Numbered from the stretch's first letter, positions 32,527 through 43,623 are shown. The stretch is 64,000 nt of DNA from an uncultured Planctomycetaceae bacterium (GCA_963815195.1 CAWFGE010000017.1:1-64000); one strand, 5' to 3'. Numbers and translations are program-made. Notes: generated by a model from the sequence alone, not told the origin.

Positions 32527-33552
32527 ATGGAAACACCCTTTCCGCAATTTCTCGTTCGCCGGGAATTTGAGCCGCACCGCCTGCTTCGGGGCGGCCATGC
32601 GCAGACGCTCGCGGGAAATTGCCTGCCCGGCGCGAGCTATCCGTCCTCGTCGGCGATCCATCACGTCGAATTTCCCGATGGGGATGCGGTCGCGTTACAT
32701 GATGATCGCCCGGCTGGTTGGAAGGACACGGACCTCACCGCGTTTCTGGTGCACGGCTTGGCCGGGACCTCGCAAAGCGGCTATATGCAACGGGTTGCGG
32801 GGAAGTTGGCCAGCCAGGGCGTGCGGGTGTTCCGGATGGATCTCCGCGGCTGCGGAGCCGGGGCCGGCCTCGCGAAAATGCCCTATCATCCCGGCCGGTC
32901 CCGCGATGGGCTATGGGCTTTGCAGTATGTGGCCGACCGCTGTCCGCGGTCGCCGTTGGCCTTTGTCGGGTTTTCGCTGGGGGCGAACCTGGGACTGAAA
33001 ATGTTGGGCGAGTTTCACGGCGAGTTGCCGGCGAATCTCCGGCGGGCGATCGCGATCAATCCACCCATCGACCTGGAGCAGGCTGCGTACGCTCTCGAAG
33101 GGGTTTTCGCGCGGATTTACAACGCGCATTTCGTGAAGTGCCTGCTCAAGCAGATCGCCAAGTCTCCGCGATTGATCCGCCGGAAGGCGATGCTCACCCA
33201 CGGCAAACGGCTGCGGAAGATCCGCGACTTCGACGACTACTACACCCGCGCGGTGTGGGGCTATGCTTCGGTTTCCGATTATTACACCGACGGCAGTGCC
33301 GGGCCGTGGCTCGAGCACATCGGCGTGCCCACGCTGATTCTCACGTCCAAAGACGACCCCATCGTGCCGCACACCGTCTTCGCCGACGCGCCGCGTTCCC
33401 CATTCGTGCAAGTGCTGTTCATGGAAACCGGCGGCCACATGGGTTACATCAGCCGGCGGGGTCTCGAAGGCGACTGCCGGTGGATGGAATGGAGAATCGT
33501 GGACTGGGTCACGGCCGAAGAACCGCGAGCGGCCCTCTCAATCGCCGCCTGA
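32527..33552 (+). CDS. YheT-family alpha/beta hydrolase
   Basis: GGHAQT, HGLAG, RGCG, GFSLG nucleophile, DDPIV, GGHMG. Confidence 0.88.
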   Translation: METPFPQFLVRREFEPHRLLRGGHAQTLAGNCLPGASYPSSSAIHHVEFPDGDAVALHDDRPAGWKDTDLTAFLVHGLAGTSQSGYMQRVAGKLASQGVRVFRMDLRGCGAGAGLAKMPYHPGRSRDGLWALQYVADRCPRSPLAFVGFSLGANLGLKMLGEFHGELPANLRRAIAINPPIDLEQAAYALEGVFARIYNAHFVKCLLKQIAKSPRLIRRKAMLTHGKRLRKIRDFDDYYTRAVWGYASVSDYYTDGSAGPWLEHIGVPTLILTSKDDPIVPHTVFADAPRSPFVQVLFMETGGHMGYISRRGLEGDCRWMEWRIVDWVTAEEPRAALSIAA

Positions 33553-33702
33553 TTCGGATTCCCTCGTTTCGAGGGGCCGTCAACTCGGCGGTTGATTTCT
33601 GCCGGCGATGTGCGTAACTCATGAAACTCCGTGGAGAATTTGCCATAATGGAGCGGCTGTTGATGTGAAGGGATTTCTCCTTCTTCTTTGGGAGGCTTGG
33701 CC

Positions 33703-35019
33703 ATGCACGCGACCGATCGACGCACGTTTTTGAAGGAAGCCGGGGCCGGTGCCGCGGCGGTGAGTTTGGGGGCGGCCCAATTGTATGCCGCGGGCAGCGA
33801 TCGCACGAAGATCGCGGTGATCGGTCCCGGCGGCATGGGATCGAATCACACCCGCCTGCTCGCCAACCGCAAGGATGTGGAACTCGTCTATGTCTGCGAC
33901 GTGGATCGGCACCGCTTGGAACGGGCCGTGGAACTCGTCAAGTCGGGCGCGGGGACGACGCCCAAAGCCGTGACCGACATGCGGGAGATCCTCAAAGACA
34001 AGGATGTGGAAGCGGTGTTCCTCGCCACGCCCGACCATTGGCACGCCCCGGCGGCGATCCTGGCTTTGGAGCACGGCAAGCACGTTTATGTCGAAAAGCC
34101 GATGTGCCACAACATCCGCGAAGGCCGCATGACCGTCGATGCGGTCGCCCGCAGCGGCAAAACGGTGCAAGTCGGCACGCAAAGCCGCAGCACGGGGTTC
34201 GATCGGGAAGCAATCGAACGCCTCCAAAATGGAGAGATCGGCGAAGTGCTTGTCGCCAAGGCCTGGAACAGTCAACTGCGGCGGTCCATCGGCAAAACCC
34301 AACCCGGCGAACCGCCCGCTTATCTCGACTTTGATCTCTGGCTCGGTCCCGCGAAGAAAGTGCCCTATCGGTCGAACCTGCTGCCCGGCATTTGGCGGTG
34401 GTGGTATGACTTCGGCTGCGGCGACATCGGCAACGACGGCGTCCACGATCTCGACATGGCTCTGTGGGGCCTCGGCGTGACGACGCACCCGTCCAAGGCG
34501 ATGTGCCTCGGCGGGAAATCCTTTTTCGATGACGACCAGCAATTTCCCGACACGCAGTACGCCGTGTTCGAATACCCCGCGGAAAACGGCGGCCGGCCCA
34601 AGCAACTGATCTTCGAGCAGCGGATCTGGTCGCCGTACAAGCAGGAAGGCTACGAGAACGGGGCCGCGTTCTACGGCACGAAGGGCGTGTTGATTCTGGG
34701 GCATTCCGTCGGCTGGCGGCTGTATGGGCCACGGAATAAACTGATCGCCGAGAAAACCGGCAGCGTGGACCTCGCCGCCCATCACCAGAACTTCTTCGAC
34801 AGCTTTCGCGGCAGCGATCACACGCCGAACGCCGACGTCCACGCGGGGCACCGGGCGGCGACGATCGTGCACCTGGCGAACATCTCCGCCCGCGTCGGCC
34901 GCTCGCTGGCGTTCGATCCGGTCCGCGAGACGATCCTTAATGATCAAGAGGCCTCGTCGCTGTTGGGCCGAACCTACCGCGACAACCACTGGGCCGACCC
35001 CCGGCAGTTCGCGAGTTAG
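33703..35019 (+). CDS. Tat-exported Gfo/Idh/MocA oxidoreductase
   Basis: DRRTFLK, IGPGGMG, TPDHWH, VEKP, NDGVHDLD. Confidence 0.93.
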   Translation: MHATDRRTFLKEAGAGAAAVSLGAAQLYAAGSDRTKIAVIGPGGMGSNHTRLLANRKDVELVYVCDVDRHRLERAVELVKSGAGTTPKAVTDMREILKDKDVEAVFLATPDHWHAPAAILALEHGKHVYVEKPMCHNIREGRMTVDAVARSGKTVQVGTQSRSTGFDREAIERLQNGEIGEVLVAKAWNSQLRRSIGKTQPGEPPAYLDFDLWLGPAKKVPYRSNLLPGIWRWWYDFGCGDIGNDGVHDLDMALWGLGVTTHPSKAMCLGGKSFFDDDQQFPDTQYAVFEYPAENGGRPKQLIFEQRIWSPYKQEGYENGAAFYGTKGVLILGHSVGWRLYGPRNKLIAEKTGSVDLAAHHQNFFDSFRGSDHTPNADVHAGHRAATIVHLANISARVGRSLAFDPVRETILNDQEASSLLGRTYRDNHWADPRQFAS

Positions 35020-35063
35020 TGTCTGTCCCGACGACGATTAGGCAGTTGCCAGGCAACCGCCCA

Positions 35064-35999
35064 TCACCATTTTTTCATCAGACGGTTGAGCGTGCCCGGG
35101 TCCACGGGGCCTTCGTGAATGACGAGGCGGTATTTGAGGACCACAGGCTCGGTTTCGGACAGGGCGACCGGCTCGCGGCCGGGGTAGGCGGGGTTTTGCA
35201 TGCTCCGCTCGGAACGGAGGATCCAAGGCTGCGGGGAGCCGGGGTTTTCGGGATGATCCAATATCGCCACGCCGCCCGCGGGCGTCGCCACATCCACCCA
35301 AGGCCCGGCTTTGACGGCGGCGGTTTGCGGGTGCACCGGGCCGTTCGGATCGCGAAAGGTCGTGTCGGGCGAGAGTTTGATGCGGGCCGAGAACCCGCCG
35401 TAGCCTTTGACATCTTCCGAGCCGCCGATTTTGACGCCGGACTTTAAGGCCAAGAGCCGGATTTCAAAATCGACGAGCCGCAGGCTGTCTTTGTTGGCGT
35501 GAACGGTAATCGTGGTGTTCTCGTCGACCACGGGAACGGGACGCTTCCGGTCATCCGTCAAGAGGCTCGATGTCCAAAGCACATGGGCATGAATCGCGAT
35601 CGCGGCGGGGTCTTGGTCCTCGATTTTGACGGATTGGACTTTCGCCAAAAAATCCTTCGTGGTCCAGGCGTCGCCGAGCTTTTGCTCGCCGACCCAAAGC
35701 TGATGCCAGGCCCAAAGAATCCCGCGATGATGCCGATGGTCGGCGGGAAAGTCCTCGGTGAGCACCTTGCCCGTGAGGTCGTAAAGCGGATGCACATAGT
35801 TCGCCCGCTTGTAGCCGTTCTGCGACTTGGGCTGTTTTTGATAGAACAGCACCTTCTGCCCGGACTCTTTCACCAGGACGCCGGCGTCCGCCGTTTCCAC
35901 GCTGAAGCCGGCGGGTTCTTTCGCGAACGCCGCGGAGGAAAGGCCCGCTCCGAAGAGCAGCGCAAACAAAGCCGACCGAAGAGCGATGCGCAGAAGCAT
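35064..35999 (-). CDS. Secreted PmoA-like (DUF6807-type) protein
   Basis: Signal peptide, YVHPLY, TEDFPADHRHHRG, KGYGGF, DHPEN. Confidence 0.75.
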   Translation of the reverse strand: MLLRIALRSALFALLFGAGLSSAAFAKEPAGFSVETADAGVLVKESGQKVLFYQKQPKSQNGYKRANYVHPLYDLTGKVLTEDFPADHRHHRGILWAWHQLWVGEQKLGDAWTTKDFLAKVQSVKIEDQDPAAIAIHAHVLWTSSLLTDDRKRPVPVVDENTTITVHANKDSLRLVDFEIRLLALKSGVKIGGSEDVKGYGGFSARIKLSPDTTFRDPNGPVHPQTAAVKAGPWVDVATPAGGVAILDHPENPGSPQPWILRSERSMQNPAYPGREPVALSETEPVVLKYRLVIHEGPVDPGTLNRLMKKW

Positions 36000-36101
36000 G
36001 AGCGAAGCCTCACGAAACGGGAACGATGTCGAGACGCGATGTGGATATTCTCGGCGGATCGCGGCCAAAGTGCAATCAAGGGCCGGACCGCTGACTTCGT
36101 G

Positions 36102-36273
36102 CTATCCCAGCGTGAAATCCGGCAATTTGACGAGTGCGCCGCCTTTCGTCGCGGATTCGTGGGCGCAACGTGCGGCTCGTTTTCGATCAATGCCCACTCG
36201 AAACTCTTCTTCGTGTCGTAAATGTCGAAGCTCTCGCGATACTTCCGGGCCACATCGTAAAGGAACCGCCAAA
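36102..36273 (-). pseudogene. Internally deleted duplicate of the 3' end of the oxidoreductase at 38357-39474
   Basis: Encodes WRFLYDVARKYRESFDIYDTKKSFEWALIENEPH joined to CAHESATKGGALVKLPDFTLG*, matching 38688-38789 and 38357-38423. Confidence 0.85.
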
Positions 36274-36277
36274 GGAT

Positions 36278-36904
36278 TTATTGAACGGCATTCTCAGCGA
36301 GCGATAGCATTTCCTCTAGCATCGTTTTGAGATAAGGGCATTTGCTCACAGCAATTTTCGGATCAAGATCGGAGAACAACGTTTTCCCATACGTCGTCTT
36401 TTTGTAATTCTGCCCGAGCTTTTGCTTATAAATTCGATCCAGGAGTTTCGCAGGGGGTTCGGTGAAATTCACCTTTTCAGGTCGCCGGATTTTCTTGGGG
36501 AATGCATTCCTCACTTCGCTCGGAAAGATTTCGGGCTGGCTGAGCAACCAGGCTTCCGTTTCATGGACGGCAAAGAACATGCGAAATCGCTCATTCTCCA
36601 CCGCCTTTTCATAATGCGATTTTCCCCAATCGTATTTTTGTTTGACGGTCGCGGCATGGGAGGGGAAAAAGTTGGGACCGTAGAGATCCAATAATCCGAT
36701 CGCCGCGATGATCTCGGATTGCTTCGGTCCGTTCAGATGCATTTGAGCCTTGGTGACGGCGTTTTTGTCGAAATCGGAATAGCCATTAAACTTGACGATT
36801 TGAATTTTGACCGACTTGGGAAGCTGTGGATCGAGCCAGCGTTTGAAAAAATCTGGAAGCGCAACGCTCTCCGTTTTTCCTTCAACCAGAAGCAAGAATT
36901 TCAC
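36278..36904 (-). CDS. DUF4276-like (TOPRIM-like) protein
   Basis: LLVEGKTE, LLDLYG, VHETEAWLLS, PEKVN..PAK, YKKT, KCP; GTGA overlap with the ATPase gene. Confidence 0.8.
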   Translation of the reverse strand: MKFLLLVEGKTESVALPDFFKRWLDPQLPKSVKIQIVKFNGYSDFDKNAVTKAQMHLNGPKQSEIIAAIGLLDLYGPNFFPSHAATVKQKYDWGKSHYEKAVENERFRMFFAVHETEAWLLSQPEIFPSEVRNAFPKKIRRPEKVNFTEPPAKLLDRIYKQKLGQNYKKTTYGKTLFSDLDPKIAVSKCPYLKTMLEEMLSLAENAVQ

Positions 36905-38166
36905 GGCATGGCCTCAAGTTCTTGGCTTCGATAAAGCTCCCCCAATGTATACTGCTTGAGCCAATAGCCTAACTCTTCCCCAGAGATGGTGCGCAGGTTC
37001 GTCTCTCCGTTATGCCATTCCACGACGGTTGTTGTGGGAATGGTCTCGTCAAATGCATCGAGAAATTCCGGCGAATGCGTTGTCAGAATAACCTGCGCCC
37101 GCGACGCAGCGTGGCAGGCATACTCGGCGACAATCGGAAACATGGACGGATGCAGGCCCGTTTCAGGTTCATCGATCGCGATAAGAGGCGGTGGTAATGG
37201 ATTGGCCAGAACGGCAATCAGAAACAAAAAACGGAGCGTCCCATCTGATAGATCCGCAGTGGATTGCTCGCGCTTGAGGTTCTTCCACCGGATTCTCATT
37301 TGAATCCGCTGATCCGCTGCCGGGGGAAAAACCAACTCCTCAAACTCATTGTTGAAAGCAGCCCGCATCGCGGAGTCGATTTCTTTCTTGAACTCGCGTT
37401 TGCTCGTGTAAAGGCTATGAAGCACCGAAATGAGGTTCGATCCCTCGGAATCGACTTGCGTCTCCCGGCGGGTGAGTTGGGCTTCCCGAACGGGAGCTTT
37501 CCGATGCGTTTGAAATCCCTGGTAGATTTTCCACTGGGCAAGTTCCTGCTGAAATCCCGCCACAAACCGATTGGCCGCAAACGGGCCCGTTGCAAACGAG
37601 AGCAATGTTTCTTCTTCAGGCAGTGAATCCTCCACGGCTTGAATCGGCTGCTCTTCGGTGGGATAGGGAATCGTTGTCGTCGTCGTTTGATCCGAAGCGG
37701 GGACCTTTTCGAACTGTTGGGAATCTATGGAGAAGACCACGGCTTGATGGGGAGATCGTACCAACAATTTGAACGGATCCTGCATCTCTCCTGTCTCGAC
37801 TCTGCAGTAATTCCCCAAGACTTCATGATTGATGCGATAGCTGCTGGAAGAACCAATCCGTCCCATTTCCAATTTGTATGTGAACGCGTCGGTCGTGGGA
37901 TCGGAATAGGGAGGTAGGGGCGTCATCTTTGTGCGGATTGCGATTTTGTCCGCCTGACCGTCCCAGACAAGCGGTTCCATTCCACCTTGTTGTTGGACAT
38001 AGGATCCCAGGCGGCCGTTGGCGGCGGCGGAGAGAAGTTCCAAAACACTCAGAAGGTTGGACTTTCCGCTTCGGTTGGGGCCGATCAACACATTTAATTC
38101 GCCAGGATGCCATGTTTGGCTTTTGAAGGAGCGAAATCCTTCGACCTGCAATTCGAGAATCTTCAT
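36901..38166 (-). CDS. ABC/AAA_21-type ATPase (OLD/RecF-like)
   Basis: VEGFRSF, Walker A GPNRSGKS, LSDGT signature, Walker B IDEPE.GLHP, TTHS. Confidence 0.92.
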   Translation of the reverse strand: MKILELQVEGFRSFKSQTWHPGELNVLIGPNRSGKSNLLSVLELLSAAANGRLGSYVQQQGGMEPLVWDGQADKIAIRTKMTPLPPYSDPTTDAFTYKLEMGRIGSSSSYRINHEVLGNYCRVETGEMQDPFKLLVRSPHQAVVFSIDSQQFEKVPASDQTTTTTIPYPTEEQPIQAVEDSLPEEETLLSFATGPFAANRFVAGFQQELAQWKIYQGFQTHRKAPVREAQLTRRETQVDSEGSNLISVLHSLYTSKREFKKEIDSAMRAAFNNEFEELVFPPAADQRIQMRIRWKNLKREQSTADLSDGTLRFLFLIAVLANPLPPPLIAIDEPETGLHPSMFPIVAEYACHAASRAQVILTTHSPEFLDAFDETIPTTTVVEWHNGETNLRTISGEELGYWLKQYTLGELYRSQELEAMP

Positions 38167-38356
38167 GTTGCTGGACCAACCTCCGATATGCTTGCTCTTA
38201 GCACCTCTCAAAAATGAGATGCCCTCATTACGATGTCGTGAACATCATGTCTGCCAATCTTCCCGCTTGATTCATAATACACAAAATACCGAAGCGCGAT
38301 GCGACTTCGGTATCCGTGTGCGTTGAAATTTGGGAAACCGATTCCGGCACGGAACC

Positions 38357-39474
38357 TTATCCCAATGTAAAGTCCGGCAGCTTGACGATCTCGCCGCCTT
38401 TGGCGGCGGATTCGTGGGCGCAAATGCCGACGCAGGTCCAATTGGCGCTGGTGACGGCATTGGGGCGGGGGTCGCGGTCTTCGATCAGGGCGCGATGAAT
38501 TCATTGGCCAAATGCGGATGCGACCCGCCGTGCCCGCCGCCTTGGATGAACGACAGATGCTCGGTGTCGTGAATCTCCTGCGGCAGCGTAAACTTGCGGA
38601 TGGACTCGGGCAGCAGATGGGCGTAATCCGGAACTTCCACCCGCTCGGGGATTTCCGGTTCGGGCTTCTTCGCGGTGTGGAGGACGTGCGGCTCGTTTTC
38701 AATGAGGGCCCATTCGAAACTTTTCTTCGTGCCGTAAACGTCGAAGCTCTCGCGATACTGCCGGGCCACATCGTAAAGGAACCGCCAAATGTGCGCGGTG
38801 AGGTCCTGGTCTTTGACTTTGATGTGGCAGGTCTCGACGGCGAAGCGGTTGCCGGACTTCTGGGCGATGTCGTCCCGCACGGTGCCGGAACCGAAGCAGC
38901 TCACATACTCCGCGAGCCCATCGACCAGGCCCAAACACGGGCTGACGACGTGCGTGGCATAGTGCATGGGGATCATTCGCTGCCAATACTCCGGCCAGCC
39001 GTCCATGTCCTGCGGATGCGACGCCGCGAGATATTGAATCTTCCCCAACTCGCCTTTCTCGTAAAGCTCCTTGATAAACAGAAACTCCCGGCTGTAAACC
39101 ACAGTCTCGGCCATCATATATTTGAGGCCCGTCTGTTTGACCTTCTCCACGATCTGCCGGCATTCGTCGATCGTCGTCGCCATCGGCACGGTGCACATCA
39201 CATGCTTGCCGGCGTCCAAGGCTTTGAGCGACATCCACGCGTGGTCGTTGATCGGGCTGTTGATGTGCACGAAATCCACATCCGGATCCGCGAGCACTTG
39301 ATCGTAACTCGTGTAGCGCTTCTCGATGCCGAACTGGTCGCCCGCCTTGTTCAATTGGGTTTGATCCCGGCGGCAGATGGCGTGCACGTTCGCGTTGGGG
39401 TGGGCTTGATAAATCGGAATGAACTCGGCCCCGAACCCCAGCCCAATCATCGCCACGTTCACGGTTTTGCTCAT
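38357..39474 (-). CDS. Gfo/Idh/MocA oxidoreductase, frameshift near 38490
   Basis: IGLGFG, CTVP, MMAET, MHYATH, GGGHGGSHPH; C-terminus continues in another frame to ...PDFTLG*. Confidence 0.88.
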
Positions 39475-39716
39475 GGTGTTCCCTTTCGATTCGCAGGTGG
39501 ATTTCAATGGTGGTGCCAGCAGCAAGTCGGCGAGTTGGCCGTCCATTATGGGGCGTTCCCGATCCAATTTCCACACCGCTCGCCAACGGTCCTTGAACGC
39601 GAGCCGAGCAGTCGATTATTCCGGATGGGGTGGCACGTCCCGGAGTGCGGCGAAGGGCGTGGCAATCGCGAAAACCAAGCCCCAATGCACTCCTTGGGCT
39701 AGCGCCGAGCGGCCGA

Positions 39717-40931
39717 TTATTCGGGCGGGCGGATCAGGACGGCGTCGCACCAGTCGGCGTAGTCGCGGACATCGCCGAACTGCCCGAACTCCACGCGCAG
39801 CGTCAACCGCTTCGCCCCGGCGACGGAAATCGGCGGCAACATAAGGGCGGACTGCCCGGCGGTTTGGGGACCTTTTTGAAATATCTGTTTCCCGTCCACG
39901 TCCACCTTGAACACAACGCTCCCGCCGGCTTGGGCGGCATCGTCCACGCCGGCGGTCGCGCGAAACGTTTGAAACTTGCCGTCCAAGTCGTAGCTCACCG
40001 CCGACCGGCTATGCATGCCCAGGCCTTTGGGATATTCGCGTCCGTCCAGGCGGAGCGGCTCGCCGAGCACGTTGCGGTCCGGCTTGAGGTCCCAATGCCC
40101 GGCGAGATAGGGCTGCTGCTCGTAGCGGGCGGGCTCGAGATCGCTCAAATACACCGCCCGCCCGCCCAGGCAGCGGATGGAGACAACCGCCGAGATCGGC
40201 AAATCGAGCGGAGCCCCGAACGCGGCTTTCGCGGCCAGCCGATCTTCCCCCGCGCGCTTTAGATCGGTGACGGTGATTTGCGAGCCGTCGGTGAGCGAAA
40301 GCAGCATCGAGGGGCCCGTCACCTTGGGAAAGCTGACCAGTTCCCGATTCATCGTCACCAGGCGAATGCTGTCGCGTTCGATCGCGGTTTCGCCCACGGC
40401 ACTTTCCAGGCGGAGGACTTTCTCGTCGAGTCCCACAAATTCGCCGCTGGCCTGGTCGCCGTTTTTGAGGTCCACCAGGTCGGCCTTTTGCCGGCGGTCC
40501 ATTACCGTGCGGAGCGCCTCGGCCCGCGCGGCCTTGATGTCGGGAACTTCCAAAATGAAGCCCGCAATCGTTTCCAAAGGCACCGTCGCGGGCTTCCAAC
40601 CGGGAAACAGCGTCCATTGGGCCTGGGCCGCGGTGTCGTCGATCGTTTTCGGCCGGGCCGCCAGGCGGTCGCCGTTGGCGAGAAAAATCACCGCCCCGGA
40701 CAAGTGATCTTTCAGCCGTTTGTGCGGAAACTCGATCCTCAGCACATCCCGCGCTGCGAAGGTGCGGGTCCGTTTGTCGATCGACAACGCAACCGACCGC
40801 TGCGTGAGATCTTCCAACGTCCCCGCATGCGATTCGCCGTCGACATCCACCACCGTCATCGTGATCGAGCCCGCTTCGGCGAACGCCGCCCGCCCCGCCA
40901 ACGTCCCCGGAAACACCAAACCGAGCAGCAA
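39717..40931 (-). CDS. NPCBM/NEW2 domain secreted protein
   Basis: YLSDL, KGLGMHSRS, GVDD, GSVVF, DYADWCDA; start uncertain. Confidence 0.85.
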   Translation of the reverse strand: MLLGLVFPGTLAGRAAFAEAGSITMTVVDVDGESHAGTLEDLTQRSVALSIDKRTRTFAARDVLRIEFPHKRLKDHLSGAVIFLANGDRLAARPKTIDDTAAQAQWTLFPGWKPATVPLETIAGFILEVPDIKAARAEALRTVMDRRQKADLVDLKNGDQASGEFVGLDEKVLRLESAVGETAIERDSIRLVTMNRELVSFPKVTGPSMLLSLTDGSQITVTDLKRAGEDRLAAKAAFGAPLDLPISAVVSIRCLGGRAVYLSDLEPARYEQQPYLAGHWDLKPDRNVLGEPLRLDGREYPKGLGMHSRSAVSYDLDGKFQTFRATAGVDDAAQAGGSVVFKVDVDGKQIFQKGPQTAGQSALMLPPISVAGAKRLTLRVEFGQFGDVRDYADWCDAVLIRPPE

Positions 40932-41173
40932 GGCCCAACGAAATACCCAGGAGCGATTCGCGGGGATGACGAGGATTTGAACCGCGAAGCGGCGGCAGCA
41001 GATAGCTGCGGCGCCAGCCTGAAGATCAATGAGCGTCCGAATCGATCAAGCCGCGAAGCAGCGACAGCCGCTCCGGTCTTCAATTCACGGCATGTTCCGC
41101 GGTGTGCCATGGATCCCCTTTACGGATTTAAAATTCGCTGCCGTGTGGCGGTTCAGATCAAAAGGTCTCGCTG

Positions 41174-42248
41174 TCACCGTTGGAAAATGGGCAAATAATT
41201 GTTGGGCAGTTGCAGGATGAGCAGGGCCATCGCGGTGCCGTATTCGTTGCACACCGACGTATCCACCCAGGCCCCATCGCCGATTTGCCGGTCAAGCAGT
41301 TCGTCGCGAATCGCGGGATACCACTCTTCCCAAGACCGTCCGCCCGCGTGCCACATGGCTTGCACGGCGTAATAATGCGCGTAGAAATAGTGGCTTTCGT
41401 AGCGGAAGATTTGCCCGCGGGGCAGGAACCGCATGAGGTAATCGAGGCCGCGTTCGATTTCCGGACCTTCAAACAGTCCGGCGTTATACAGTGCCACCAC
41501 GCCCGCCGCCGACCGCGGAAAAACGCTGTCCGGCCGGCCCACGAGTTGGTAGCGAAATCCGCCGTCGGCGTTTTGGCAGCGTTTCACGTATTCCACGCAG
41601 CGGTCCACGGTGGATTTGGGAACGAAAATTCCCGCGTTTCGAGCCGCGCAGAGCGCCATCATCTGGCAGACCGTTACCGAGATGTCCGCCTGGTACGGCT
41701 TGGGAAAATACCGCCAGCCGCCTTCGTCGTTTTGGCAATCCACGATCAGCTTGACCGCCTTTTGCAGGGTCTCTTGCAGTTCTGCGTTGGGCGACATCCC
41801 ATAAACTTCGGCGAGAAACAGCGTCGCGAATCCGTGGCCGTACATCGGTCCGTACGTCTGATACGCCCCGCCGACCATGTGCACGATAAAACCATTGGGC
41901 CGGGCCTGGCTGATCAGGTACTCGGCCGCTTTTTCCACGTGCTGGCCGTATCGGCCGCGGCCCGGCGTGTGCCCCGCGGAGAGAAACGCCATCCCGCACA
42001 GCGCGGTGACGGCCACGTTGCCTTGGTACATCGCCCCAGATCCGAAGGAGCCGTTGCGCGCTGCCGGCCGGCGAGCCATTGCAGGCCGCGGTCGATCGAG
42101 GCTTGCGCGGGCGGGGTGACGAGTTTCATCCCGCTGAGCTCGACCGAGACGTCGGCGCGCGGTTCGGCCGGCCCGCAGGATCCGCGAAGAGCGCCGCCAC
42201 GGCGATGAGGGCGCCGGCACTCGCCACCAAAATCAGAATGCGGTTCAT
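41174..42248 (-). CDS. Prenyltransferase/squalene-oxidase repeat protein (frameshifts near 42170 and 42060)
   Basis: QNDEGGWRY, DISVT, QNADGGFRY, QIGDGAW, YGTAMA; signal peptide in an upstream frame. Confidence 0.82.
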
Positions 42249-42310
42249 CGGCAGGCCTCCCTGGAATGTCGGTCCGCCAGCGATGACGGCCCTCGGGAGG
42301 CGACCCGAAA

Positions 42311-42634
42311 TCACGGACGAACGGTATCAGGATAATTGAAGGAATTGGGCGGGGAAGGCGGCGGATCGAGCCCCAACAACGCCCGGCTTTCCAGGATTTT
42401 TCGCGGCTCGTCCCGCGGCCGGCTAAACGCCCGCGGCCGGGTGAACGTCTTCGGTCCGATGTCATCGTCGGGGAAGGGATCGTGAATGCTGTACGACCGC
42501 TGTTCCACGGCGGGCGGAGGCGTGCCGATCGTCGGCAGCTGGGTATTCATGGGATTGATGCACCCGCCGCAAACCGCCGCGCACCCCAACGCCCAGCTTC
42601 CCCAAACTCCGCGAACAAACATTCGAGACCTCAT
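42311..42634 (-). CDS. Small secreted/lipoprotein-like protein
   Basis: Hydrophobic N-terminus with GGC; HDPFPDDDIGP..RPR motif. Confidence 0.6.
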   Translation of the reverse strand: MRSRMFVRGVWGSWALGCAAVCGGCINPMNTQLPTIGTPPPAVEQRSYSIHDPFPDDDIGPKTFTRPRAFSRPRDEPRKILESRALLGLDPPPSPPNSFNYPDTVRP

Positions 42635-43056
42635 GTCTCATCCCCATACGAATTTCAATGGGACCACGGGCTTTCACCGCGAGGCTTTCCTTCGACAAGT
42701 ATATCGCATGAGCCGCGGTCTGGAAATCCCAATGAAATCCAAGGCGAGAGTCACTGCTCGGCATTGGGAAAACGGGGCCACGGCCCTCGAACGAGCCGGG
42801 GTCACAAGGTGCTTTTTTGAAGATTGCGAAGTGTGAACTGCCTCACAGAAACTTTTGCGGGCGGAGATCATCCTAGGTGCTTGGTGATTGACGAACCGAT
42901 TTCTTTCGCCGTATGATAACCAGCCACCGAGATTCTCCCACCCGCAAACTCGCCCGACTTCCTCGAATCGGCTTGCCGGTGACTTGTCCCAAACCCGACC
43001 GAAATGCGTTTCCGCCGTGCGTTGGTTTGTTCCATTCGATTCCCAAAGGAGCCTTC

Positions 43057-43623
43057 ATGAAACAGTTCACGATTCTGACCGCATTGGCCGTTCTGGCTTT
43101 GACCGTAAAGGTCCAAGCGGAAGAAATCAAAAGCGGCCTGCAGCCCGGCAAATTGATCGGTGCTTTCAATGTGACGAAATGTGCCGGTGCCGATGAAGAC
43201 GGCGTGAAAGTCGGCCAGGAACTCTGCTACCGCTGCCGCAACGGCGGCCGGCCCCAAGTGCTCATCTTCACCCGCTCCCCCAAAGACAAGAACGTGGTGA
43301 AATTCATCCAGGAACTCGACAAAGCCATCGGCGAGAACAGTGACAAGCAGCTTCGCGGATTCGTCAGCGTGTTGGCCGAGGACAAAGAAGAAGCCTCCGC
43401 GACCGCCAAAGAAGTCGCCAAGTCCAGCAAAACCAAAAACGTGCCCTTCGTGGTGCCCAACGAGTTCGAAAACGGCCCCGCCGACTACGGCCTCAATTCC
43501 AAAGCCGAAGTGACGATCATCCTGGCCAACGGCGGCAAAGTCCAATCCAACCACGCCGTCGCCACCGCCAAGGATCTCAAAGTGGACGACGTGATCGCCG
43601 ACGTTCAAAAACTCGTCAAATAA
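43057..43623 (+). CDS. Secreted protein, possibly thioredoxin-like fold
   Basis: AAGGAG RBS, signal peptide, SGLQPG, LCYRC..RP, GP.DY. Confidence 0.75.
   Translation: MKQFTILTALAVLALTVKVQAEEIKSGLQPGKLIGAFNVTKCAGADEDGVKVGQELCYRCRNGGRPQVLIFTRSPKDKNVVKFIQELDKAIGENSDKQLRGFVSVLAEDKEEASATAKEVAKSSKTKNVPFVVPNEFENGPADYGLNSKAEVTIILANGGKVQSNHAVATAKDLKVDDVIADVQKLVK

Noticed and set aside
35064..35999. Methane monooxygenase subunit suggested by the PmoA-like family name
   Set aside because: Soluble secreted protein with no pmoB/pmoC neighbours; no support for methanotrophy
41174..42248. Squalene-hopene cyclase
   Set aside because: Too short, has a signal peptide and lacks the DxDD motif; only QW-like repeats are present
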